Made by a program: the position numbers and the translations under genes. The notes beneath the pieces are model-generated. The model saw nothing but the letters and a program-made list of their open reading frames with translations, had not been told where the DNA came from and searched no databases. Shown piece by piece: positions 1 to 6,314 of a stretch of 47,288 nt of DNA (the stretch's first letter is position 1; every line of letters starts with the position of its first letter). The DNA comes from a virus. The stretch lies in the IMG/VR virus record IMGVR_UViG_3300026554_000027, positions 1-47,288 of that record; one strand, written 5' to 3'.

Positions 1-24
1 GGTCACGATTGCGTCATAACTGAG
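1..24. repeat. 24-nt terminal overlap identical to 47265..47288 (circular or terminally redundant assembly; 47264 unique bp)
   Basis: ggtcacgattgcgtcataactgag is present at both window ends. The intercistronic element and the stop of ORF 14..262 read seamlessly across the junction. Confidence 0.9.
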
Positions 25-262
25 CATCAATTTTCTGTCCACAATATGAGCAATAATTATCCATGTATTTTATGGGCATATGACATTCTCTACAGCGCAA
101 ATTGTCTGAATAATTAGCAATTATCCTGCTCGGGATTGTGGGCTTCTGCTTTTTAAGTGATTTTATTGCCATTTTAAGAGCTTCAAGAATCATGGATGTT
201 TCTACATAACCTTGAAATTTAATCTCAGTTTCAATGACATCAATCGCATCTTCGACTTTCAT
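14..262 (-). CDS. hypothetical protein with C-terminal zinc-ribbon (CxxC...CxxC)
   Basis: 82-aa ORF with ATG start and GAAAGAAAGGG RBS 8 nt upstream. Carries a CRECH..CSYCG motif. Confidence 0.6.
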   Translation of the reverse strand: MKVEDAIDVIETEIKFQGYVETSMILEALKMAIKSLKKQKPTIPSRIIANYSDNLRCRECHMPIKYMDNYCSYCGQKIDAQL

Positions 263-277
263 TTACAATCCCTTTCT

Positions 278-301
278 TTCGCAATATCGCTCGATTGCGA
301 A
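278..301 (-). repeat. 24-nt intercistronic element, copy A (TTCGCAATCGAGCGATATTGCGAA on the minus strand)
   Basis: Perfect 8-bp inverted arms. Lies directly upstream of the RBS of ORF 14..262. Confidence 0.85.
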
Positions 302-406
302 CTATCGCTCTAAAATTTTCAAAAGATCATCAATCATTTGATCGTTGCGGTTTGGTTCCGTTTTTACTGTTGCTTTTGCAGTAATTATTGTGCTCCATGT
401 TTCCAT
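302..406 (-). CDS. small hypothetical ORF (34 aa)
   Basis: GGAGG RBS 7 nt upstream of ATG. Start overlaps the upstream stop (TGATG). Stop abuts the 24-nt element. Too short to be sure. Confidence 0.3.
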   Translation of the reverse strand: METWSTIITAKATVKTEPNRNDQMIDDLLKILER

Positions 407-753
407 CACTTAACCTCCTGTGGCGGTTCTGGCAACGGCATCCAATGGGTGACTGGATTTTGCCTTGGCATCCATGTATGTCCGTAATGCCATCTCTTGT
501 CCGACCAAATAGCACTTGTGATTTCTTCCCTTTGCACACTATCTTCCGTGGTGTGTGCCGAAACATAAATCAAATACTTTCCGTTTTCAATTGGCAACCG
601 CTCACTCACCGGAATCCAGCGGGTTCCAGCAACAAAGTTTGAAATGATGTTTAGGTTGTCAACCGCATTGGAATAGCTTGAGTAGTCCATGTACTCACCG
701 TTGTGTTGTCCTAGGATTGTGTATAAATCGTCAATCGCTTCATCAATATTCAT
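406..753 (-). CDS. DUF551-like phage protein
   Basis: Motifs RWIPVSERLP and THWMPLPEPPQE are typical of DUF551. ATG at 753 follows GGAGG plus 7 nt; the track start at 756 is GTG. Confidence 0.7.
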   Translation of the reverse strand: MNIDEAIDDLYTILGQHNGEYMDYSSYSNAVDNLNIISNFVAGTRWIPVSERLPIENGKYLIYVSAHTTEDSVQREEITSAIWSDKRWHYGHTWMPRQNPVTHWMPLPEPPQEVK

Positions 754-980
754 CACTCAACCTCCTGCTTTAGCCAATCGTTAACAACAGATTTACCCAT
801 TACAATATAATTGTCCCAATTCCAATGCTTCAAAAATTCAGTCAACTCCTCGTCACTCATGGCTCGAATGCGGTCTGCGTTGGTTTTGTGGAATATTGGA
901 TCGTACATGCTACATACGTGGTTTTTGTCATCATCTGCATTGCGGCAAATAAGCTGATGGTCACAATTCATGCAATTCAT
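753..980 (-). CDS. hypothetical Cys-rich protein
   Basis: ATG at 980 lies 8 nt after the upstream stop. The track start at 1016 is a TTG with no RBS. Sequence includes MNCMNCDHQLICRN...HVC. Confidence 0.55.
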   Translation of the reverse strand: MNCMNCDHQLICRNADDDKNHVCSMYDPIFHKTNADRIRAMSDEELTEFLKHWNWDNYIVMGKSVVNDWLKQEVE

Positions 981-988
981 TTGCACGG

Positions 989-1261
989 TCACCGCCCCTC
1001 TTTTACAGGCCCACAAGTTATATCTTGCTTGTCTAATTCATCCAGCTCGCAAGCAAGTTTTTCCAAATGTTTAACAGCAATGGACTTGATAGCGGCAGAC
1101 ACTTCGGCATACAAGTACCCGTGCTCTTTTAAATATCTATCTCCAATTGATATGTTCCGTCCTAGATCCAACTTTTCTAAAATATCATTGCAGACATACA
1201 ATTGATCCTCTATTTTAGTAACTGATTTGATCAAGTCTTTTGCTTGATTTATAACTCCCAT
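989..1261 (-). CDS. hypothetical protein
   Basis: 90-aa ORF with ATG start, preceded by a 24-nt element and a GAAAGAAAGG RBS. Confidence 0.6.
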   Translation of the reverse strand: MGVINQAKDLIKSVTKIEDQLYVCNDILEKLDLGRNISIGDRYLKEHGYLYAEVSAAIKSIAVKHLEKLACELDELDKQDITCGPVKEGR

Positions 1262-1277
1262 TTTTAACCACCTTTCT

Positions 1278-1301
1278 TTCGCATAATTTCACTATTGCGA
1301 A
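1278..1301 (-). repeat. 24-nt intercistronic element, copy B (TTCGCAATAGTGAAATTATGCGAA)
   Basis: Overlaps the stop of 1292..1516. Upstream of the RBS of 989..1261. Confidence 0.85.
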
Positions 1302-1516
1302 CTATCAAACCAATACTCATACTCATCCAAAATCGCTTCAATCGTCCCAATGATATGAGAACTCATTGAATAGCATTGATCATAAATCAACCTTTCGGAA
1401 ACTTTCTCACGATACTTAGCTACTCTTGAATCAGATCTATAGAATTCTTCAATATCGTCATAGGCGTTTGCTTTTCCTTGTAAAACAGCTAGCTCTTTTT
1501 GAGATATTTCAGGCAT
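1292..1516 (-). CDS. hypothetical protein
   Basis: ATG at 1516 (the track start at 1519 is GTG). The stop TAG lies inside a copy of the 24-nt element. Confidence 0.6.
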   Translation of the reverse strand: MPEISQKELAVLQGKANAYDDIEEFYRSDSRVAKYREKVSERLIYDQCYSMSSHIIGTIEAILDEYEYWFDSSQ

Positions 1517-1644
1517 CACTCAACCCCCTGTTTTTTCTGACAAGCCGTTAGCTGGCACTGCCCCCATTCGTTTGCATGTTGGCAATAGCAATTTTTCGAA
1601 CTGCAATATTTGTGGCCATTTTCAACTGCGGTTGTGCTATACAT
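1516..1644 (-). CDS. small Cys-rich hypothetical ORF (42 aa)
   Basis: GGAGG RBS 7 nt upstream. ATGA overlap with the upstream stop and TGATG overlap with the next start. Confidence 0.4.
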   Translation of the reverse strand: MYSTTAVENGHKYCSSKNCYCQHANEWGQCQLTACQKKQGVE

Positions 1645-1976
1645 CACTCAACCTCCTGTGGCGGATTCGGTAACGTCATCCAGTGGGTGATATAGGTATG
1701 CTTTATTTGTAAGTCAAAATGTTCGTTGACTAATATTGGATTCCAAAGATCAACAACCCCGTTTGAAAACAATACAAGAATTTTGAAGTTGATCCCATTT
1801 GCATCGTTCTCAGTCGGCAACCGCTCACTCACAGGAATCCAGCGAAGTTTTTCTTCTGCGGCGATCCTCCTTTTAATTGACAAAGCCAAAGCGTCCTCAT
1901 GATAGTCGAGCGGAACTAATTCTGGAACTTCTTGATTATCTGGAAGTTGACTATTGCAAACCGGACACAGTTTCAT
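1644..1976 (-). CDS. DUF551-like phage protein (paralogue of 406..753) with N-terminal CxxC
   Basis: Motifs RWIPVSERLP and THWMTLPNPPQEVE. Nucleotide-level similarity to 406..753 at both motif regions. Confidence 0.7.
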   Translation of the reverse strand: MKLCPVCNSQLPDNQEVPELVPLDYHEDALALSIKRRIAAEEKLRWIPVSERLPTENDANGINFKILVLFSNGVVDLWNPILVNEHFDLQIKHTYITHWMTLPNPPQEVE

Positions 1977-1996
1977 AACTTAACCTCTTTCCTTTC

Positions 1997-2020
1997 TTCA
2001 CAATGTTTCACGATTGCGTC
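1997..2020 (-). repeat. 24-nt intercistronic element, copy C (GACGCAATCGTGAAACATTGTGAA)
   Basis: The stop TGA of 2019..2333 is fused to the element (TATTGACGCAAT). Confidence 0.85.
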
Positions 2021-2333
2021 AATAATCATCACTGTCATCACTGATGGCGGCAATGAAATCTGATCCATCCTCGTATCCTTCAATCAGCAATTCAAACATC
2101 TGATCAAATGCTTTATGCAAATAATTTGAACCATCTTCCTGATCACATTCAGCGATGATATGTTCGGCACAAAACTCTGCAAATGCAGTATGCTTACCTT
2201 TTTTGACCTTGTTCGGATATTCATAGTCGGGCATGTTTTCAAAAGCCATAACAAGGTTTTTGACAGGTATTTCGATTGTCAATTTTCCGTTTGACACTTT
2301 TGTAGTGAACCCCATATTTTCAAACTTCTTCAA
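2019..2333 (-). CDS. acidic hypothetical protein (start codon uncertain, TTG)
   Basis: 104-aa ORF with a D/E-rich C-terminus (ISDDSDDY). AGAAAGGA RBS 9 nt before the TTG; the internal ATG has no RBS. Confidence 0.55.
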   Translation of the reverse strand: MKKFENMGFTTKVSNGKLTIEIPVKNLVMAFENMPDYEYPNKVKKGKHTAFAEFCAEHIIAECDQEDGSNYLHKAFDQMFELLIEGYEDGSDFIAAISDDSDDY

Positions 2334-2353
2334 ACTTTTGTTTCCTTTCTAAG

Positions 2354-2377
2354 TTCACAATATCGCTCAATTGCGTC
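2354..2377 (-). repeat. 24-nt intercistronic element, copy D (GACGCAATTGAGCGATATTGTGAA)
   Basis: Contains the stop of ORF 2367..2519 (AATTGA). Confidence 0.85.
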
Positions 2378-2456
2378 CTTCTTCCAATCGTGCGTTAATC
2401 ATGTCAGACAGCATCCAGATAACCTCTCCCTTTTCGTTGCCGTCTTGAATCAGACC
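2364..2456 (-). repeat. 93-nt dispersed repeat (89/93 identical to 45417..45509)
   Basis: Aligned by eye. Mismatches at 2421, 2435, 2445 and 2454. Confidence 0.85.
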
Positions 2457-2519
2457 AGTTCGACCGGTCGCTTTGTGTTTGGCCCTTCTAAACAGATATT
2501 CGCTACGTTGCCCGGGCAT
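2367..2519 (-). CDS. 50-aa protein sharing its C-terminal 29 aa with ORF 45420..45689
   Basis: ATG start. The 93-nt repeat with 45417..45509 differs at 4 positions, and all 4 are synonymous in this frame. Confidence 0.5.
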   Translation of the reverse strand: MPGQRSEYLFRRAKHKATGRTGLIQDGNEKGEVIWMLSDMINARLEEGRN

Positions 2520-2527
2520 AATACAAA

Positions 2528-2689
2528 TTATCCTTTCTTTTTATTTGGCATACGGGCTTGACAATACTTACACATATCAATCAATATTAATTGACAGAAC
2601 GTGGGACCTCGTGCTAAATCGCGATAATATTGTCCGTCACAGTGCTTTTTAGGGACGCCACAATTGGTTTTTATAGTTGGATATGCCAC
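2528..2689 (-). CDS. small Cys-containing hypothetical ORF (GTG start)
   Basis: GGAGTGA RBS upstream of GTG. 53 aa. Weak evidence. Confidence 0.3.
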   Translation of the reverse strand: MAYPTIKTNCGVPKKHCDGQYYRDLARGPTFCQLILIDMCKYCQARMPNKKKG

Positions 2690-2704
2690 GTAAAAATCAC
2701 TCCT

Positions 2705-3130
2705 TTACAATTTATTTGTCTTAGCCGCCACCAATAGATCTGCGATCATAACCCCAACCTTGGTAAAATCGGCATGATCTTTAATCAGATTATTACCATT
2801 TAGAATTAATAATTGCTTCCTTGTAACCAAGATTAAATTATCCAGATCGGTGTTTAAGAAGTCGCCATCACCAAATATCAACACATGACCTTTTGGGATT
2901 GGACCGTTGGCTTGCTCCCAAATATGATTATGCAACTGTACCCATTTGTGTGGTGCAATTTTGATGTATTGACGACGCTCTTTAATACGGATACTACCGA
3001 TTGGCTTACCATCAGTATATGATGGAATATGCTTAATACAACCCATAATATCTCGAATCATAGTTTTATCCGGCTCGGTTGAGTTTTGATAGTGGCTTGA
3101 CAGCCAATGTACTATTTTTATGTAATTCAT
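2705..3130 (-). CDS. HNH homing endonuclease (HNH_3-like)
   Basis: HKWVQLHNHIWEQANGPIPKGHVLIFGDGDFLNTDLDNLILVT matches the HNH_3 pattern. I use the ATG at 3130 because the longer track ORF overlaps the pentapeptide gene. Confidence 0.75.
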   Translation of the reverse strand: MNYIKIVHWLSSHYQNSTEPDKTMIRDIMGCIKHIPSYTDGKPIGSIRIKERRQYIKIAPHKWVQLHNHIWEQANGPIPKGHVLIFGDGDFLNTDLDNLILVTRKQLLILNGNNLIKDHADFTKVGVMIADLLVAAKTNKL

Positions 3131-3143
3131 TCTTCCACATCTT

Positions 3144-3779
3144 TTAATAGCACTCCGCTTCTGCTCTCGTGATAAAGAAATGTATTCCGCATGAACACTC
3201 GTTCCACCTGTTTTCGTCAAAATTATCAACTGATACAGTTTCGCCTTTTCTATAAATAAATGACGGGTCTTGCTGAGAAATTCCTTCATCCGCTCCCAAC
3301 ACATCTAACACAACGGCTTTATCGCATCTACACTTTCTTGTCGTTGCGCTAGATCGCCTTGCGTCTTCCGGTATTAGCAGTTTTACAATAACATTGTTTC
3401 GGCACTTCTTCCACCCCGTAAAAGCACCATCTTCAGGACAAACAAGCCAGAACCCTGATGTTCTTTCGTTTCCAATAGCACCACCCAAGTTAGCACCACT
3501 CAAGTTAGCACCACTCAAGTTAGCACCACTCAAGTCAGCATCACTCAAGTTAGCACGACGCAAGTTAGCACCACTCAAGTTAGCACCACTCAAGTCAGCA
3601 TCACGCAAGTTAGCATCACGCAATTTAGCATAACTCAAGTTAGCATAACTCAAGTTAGCACGACTCAAGTTAGCACGACTCAAGTCAGCACGACTCAAGT
3701 CAGCACAAATACCATTTTTATCACCTAACAACCAATTTTTGTGCGAATCTAAAATGTTGTTCAATTCTTCTATTTTCAT
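3144..3779 (-). CDS. pentapeptide-repeat protein with a C-terminal non-repeat domain
   Basis: 15 consecutive A(D/N)LSx pentapeptides (aa 26-100), then a 110-aa Cys-containing domain. Confidence 0.85.
   Translation of the reverse strand: MKIEELNNILDSHKNWLLGDKNGICADLSRADLSRANLSRANLSYANLSYAKLRDANLRDADLSGANLSGANLRRANLSDADLSGANLSGANLSGANLGGAIGNERTSGFWLVCPEDGAFTGWKKCRNNVIVKLLIPEDARRSSATTRKCRCDKAVVLDVLGADEGISQQDPSFIYRKGETVSVDNFDENRWNECSCGIHFFITRAEAECY
3480..3704 (-). repeat. 15-bp tandem repeat array (coding; the pentapeptide repeats)
   Basis: caagttagcaccact-type units are reiterated about 15 times. They are in frame within CDS 3144..3779. Confidence 0.9.
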
Positions 3780-3943
3780 TCTTCAACCTCTCTAGGCTTC
3801 ATGCTTGTCGAAACATCAAATTCAGATCGGTCTGCTTGAGTTTTGGGAAACCATTTTGATGCTGATCCATCAAAACAGCCTTCGCACGGTGCGCTTTCTG
3901 CGCTTAAGTTTTCGTACTTACAAGTAAAACAATATTTGTGCAT
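3776..3943 (-). CDS. small zinc-ribbon-like ORF (55 aa)
   Basis: AAGGAGAG RBS, CxxC...CxxC motif, ATGA overlap with the pentapeptide gene start. Confidence 0.45.
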   Translation of the reverse strand: MHKYCFTCKYENLSAESAPCEGCFDGSASKWFPKTQADRSEFDVSTSMKPREVEE

Positions 3944-3957
3944 TTCAACTCTCCTTA

Positions 3958-3981
3958 TTACGCAATACGCTCAAATTGTTC
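3958..3981 (-). repeat. degenerate copy J of the intercistronic element (GAACAATTTGAGCGTATTGCGTAA)
   Basis: Shares TTGAGCG-N-ATTGCG. Overlaps the stop of 3971..4219. Confidence 0.5.
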
Positions 3982-4219
3982 CCTCATTCCTCATCTGCTC
4001 CAAAAAATCTTCCGGCAGATTGTCGTCTGATTCTCGCTCGATTTCCTCTAAATGCTTTTCGTACCACTCCCTTGCCGCAATCACATCGAAGTATGTCTTG
4101 CCCTTGTACCTGAACCTAGGCAAGCCCATCGTCATGTACCTCTGCATCGTGCTTCTGACTACTCCAAATTCCTCGCACAATTCCATCTTCGTCAGATAAC
4201 GCTTGTCCACCGTGTTCAC
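3971..4219 (-). CDS. HTH DNA-binding protein (MerR/excisionase-like), GTG start coupled to upstream stop
   Basis: LTKMELCEEFGVVRSTMQRYMTMGLP helix-turn-helix. GTGA overlap with the stop of 4216..4524. Confidence 0.6.
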   Translation of the reverse strand: MNTVDKRYLTKMELCEEFGVVRSTMQRYMTMGLPRFRYKGKTYFDVIAAREWYEKHLEEIERESDDNLPEDFLEQMRNEGTI

Positions 4220-4524
4220 CTACTTCTATTATACTGCTTTGCTTCCTTGGCAGCAAGGGCTTCTTCCGTTCTTTTCCTGTATTCTTCCTTGATTCTACGT
4301 AGCTCACGATACCCACCATGCGTGATGGAAGTGTCGATGATGACCGCATCTCTAGGGATAATCCAGGTCGAGCCGATCTTGACTGCACCAACGATCCTGC
4401 CCTGTTTCAAAGCTGTTCTAATAGCTTGAGTCGTGGAATAGCCCATGTGTCGGCGGTACCCTTCAATGGTCATGTAGATGCCGCCACGAATTACAAACCT
4501 GTGTTGCTCTTTTTCTTCACTCAT
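4216..4524 (-). CDS. HTH DNA-binding protein (excisionase-family-like)
   Basis: YSTTQAIRTALKQGRIVGAVKIGSTWIIPRDAV resembles the Xis-type HTH. Confidence 0.6.
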   Translation of the reverse strand: MSEEKEQHRFVIRGGIYMTIEGYRRHMGYSTTQAIRTALKQGRIVGAVKIGSTWIIPRDAVIIDTSITHGGYRELRRIKEEYRKRTEEALAAKEAKQYNRSR

Positions 4525-4687
4525 TGACTACCTCATCATTTCCAAGCAGGTCATAAATCTCGATCAATCTGAGCATTGAGTTTTCAATGATAGACACCGG
4601 ACTGCCCTGCTCTTTGTCTATGATCACCTTACAAAGCTCTGCAACGTCCTGCCTGAGCAGTTCTACATTAAGCTCCAGTGCTGTCAT
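4517..4687 (-). CDS. small hypothetical protein (56 aa)
   Basis: An internal ATG with a GAAGG RBS. The upstream part of track ORF 4517..4933 is better explained by 4668..4937 in another frame. Confidence 0.4.
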   Translation of the reverse strand: MTALELNVELLRQDVAELCKVIIDKEQGSPVSIIENSMLRLIEIYDLLGNDEVVNE

Positions 4688-4937
4688 TATCTGCCTTCTT
4701 TCTGGCTCGCCATGCCCTGACGTATTCTGTGTTGTACTTTCTGACGTGCTCTCTGTTGCGTTTGATCCATTCTGCACTGTTGACCTTATATTGCTCTTTG
4801 TGGGCTTCATAGTATTTCTTGGCATATTCCCGCCGCTTGGCAATCGATTCAGGGCTTTTCTTCTTGGGCCAATACTTCGGATCACAGTCTGGATATGGGC
4901 AGGTCGAACAATCGGCCCACCCACATTTCTCATTCAT
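4668..4937 (-). CDS. CSTCPYPDC-motif basic protein (paralogue of 35965..36225)
   Basis: N-terminal C-x4-C-x2-C-x4-C (CGWADCSTCPYPDC) followed by a K/R/Y-rich helical region. Confidence 0.6.
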   Translation of the reverse strand: MNEKCGWADCSTCPYPDCDPKYWPKKKSPESIAKRREYAKKYYEAHKEQYKVNSAEWIKRNREHVRKYNTEYVRAWRARKKADNDSTGA

Positions 4938-5244
4938 CTTCCGGCTCCTCTTTGGTGTAGTTTGCTTCCAAGTATTTCATCAGGGCACAGTACAAAACGT
5001 CAATGAACTCGTTTCCATCTGCGCCATGCCACTTGCTGCCACTCATCGCTTGGTGAGTGTTCATGCTGATTGTAATAAACGGTGCTACAACCTTTGGATC
5101 AAAATACATTCCTATTTGCAGGTCAACTTTCTCTTTTTCAAAGAAGCGCAGAATATCCGCAACATGAATGGCAGGATAATCGAGCACGCCATATTCCCAC
5201 ACGGACTTCAGCTGGTCTACAGACAGGACAGGTTTTGCAAACAT
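4930..5244 (-). CDS. hypothetical protein
   Basis: 104-aa ORF with ATG start, tightly packed in the operon. Confidence 0.6.
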   Translation of the reverse strand: MFAKPVLSVDQLKSVWEYGVLDYPAIHVADILRFFEKEKVDLQIGMYFDPKVVAPFITISMNTHQAMSGSKWHGADGNEFIDVLYCALMKYLEANYTKEEPEDE

Positions 5245-5245
5245 A

Positions 5246-5467
5246 TCAAATCACCTCATCATAAAAATTGATGCCTATCGACTCCATGTCAACCACGCTA
5301 AAATCTTCCTCTTTGATCTCGTTCGTTTCGAGCATCCACTCAATTTTATCAATGATCTCTGATTCTCTGCACCGCACAGTTACATCTGCATAACACATGG
5401 CAGATACACGGACGGAATATTCTTTGACCGGTTCTTCCGGTTCGTTGATAGGTAGCTCAATATTCAT
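5246..5467 (-). CDS. acidic hypothetical protein
   Basis: 73-aa ORF with ATG start. Its stop is adjacent to the next start. Confidence 0.6.
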   Translation of the reverse strand: MNIELPINEPEEPVKEYSVRVSAMCYADVTVRCRESEIIDKIEWMLETNEIKEEDFSVVDMESIGINFYDEVI

Positions 5468-5983
5468 TTACTCCACCTCTTTATCCTTGAAGTTCGCAGA
5501 AACATCGAACTCCTGACCTTCTATCGAGATACGCACGTTCGTGACTGTCTGCGAAACAGGCTGACCGTTTTCCTTGTATTCAGCCTTGCGAGCCTTGAGA
5601 GCGAACATAGTTGGAAGTCCAGCTCCATCACTGTCAATGACATTTCGCCACAACTTAGATTCTGCCAGCGTAGCTTCCGCACTTTTCAAAACGTTCAAAA
5701 TCGATGAAAACTCCGGTTTTTTAGACCACATCTCAACCTCGACAGGCGAAACATTGCAAAGCTCGACCGCCTCATGATGAACAAGTCCGTTTATCCTGGC
5801 ATACAGATACCCGATTGTACGTGCTCCGAGTATCTGCTCCAAATCCCCTGTGAACTCTGGATTGTCTTGCAATACCATTTCACGCATCATAGCGATTGCA
5901 TCAGGCATAGCCAAAGGCGAGATTTTAACCTCGCTTGGCACTGATAACTCTGTTGATTCTGTGTTCTTTTTAGGTCTACCCAT
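5468..5983 (-). CDS. HTH protein resembling phage small terminase / homeodomain-like family (function uncertain)
   Basis: N-terminal GRPKK, a central HTH-like segment, and C-terminal LWRNV...MFALKARKAEYKE, which resembles the TerS-type ...LLerr.PekY... tail. It lies on the early strand, far from terL. Confidence 0.5.
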   Translation of the reverse strand: MGRPKKNTESTELSVPSEVKISPLAMPDAIAMMREMVLQDNPEFTGDLEQILGARTIGYLYARINGLVHHEAVELCNVSPVEVEMWSKKPEFSSILNVLKSAEATLAESKLWRNVIDSDGAGLPTMFALKARKAEYKENGQPVSQTVTNVRISIEGQEFDVSANFKDKEVE

Positions 5984-6140
5984 TTCGATAGGTTCCTTTC
6001 TTGATTTCTTCTGCTACTTTCACAATGTAGTCAGACCAAGTCGACTCTGACTCATTCCATTGCGAGCTAATGACCTTGAAATTATACCGACTCTGTAAGA
6101 TGATAGCTTGCGCTTCGAGAAGCTCTCTACCTGTTGCCAT
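5976..6140 (-). CDS. small hypothetical ORF (54 aa)
   Basis: ATGA overlap with the upstream stop. It ends overlapping the start of 5468..5983. Confidence 0.4.
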   Translation of the reverse strand: MATGRELLEAQAIILQSRYNFKVISSQWNESESTWSDYIVKVAEEIKKGTYRNG

Positions 6141-6313
6141 CACTTAACTCCTTTTCTTACTCTTACGGCCCAATCAAACACAAAGTCAGGCCATGAAATG
6201 TCTTTTGTCTGCCAATAGGCAAACTCTATCTCTGCTTTTGTGATCCCTTGATCGAGTAAAAACTCATAGTTTTCTTTTGCCCCGTCAATAGAACTGTGAT
6301 GTAATCCAATCAT
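6140..6313 (-). CDS. small hypothetical protein (57 aa)
   Basis: GGAGG RBS before the internal ATG at 6313. The upstream part of the track ORF overlaps 6315..6524. Confidence 0.5.
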   Translation of the reverse strand: MIGLHHSSIDGAKENYEFLLDQGITKAEIEFAYWQTKDISWPDFVFDWAVRVRKGVK

Positions 6314-6314
6314 T

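Noticed and set aside
330-642. Track ORFs 330..566 (minus) and 388..642 (plus)
   Set aside because: Both overlap the DUF551 gene 406..753 in other frames or on the other strand. They have no RBS and a C/R/H-rich composition.
3480-3704. Regular 15-bp tandem repeats that could be mistaken for a CRISPR-like or satellite array
   Set aside because: The units are contiguous with no spacers, in frame, and translate to canonical A(D/N)LSx pentapeptide repeats within a 211-aa ORF.
4517-4933. Full-length 138-aa reading of ORF 4517..4933
   Set aside because: Its N-terminal 82 aa overlap ORF 4668..4937 in another frame. That ORF has a paralogue (35965..36225) and is therefore the real gene. Only the distal 56 aa (4517..4687), with their own RBS, are kept.
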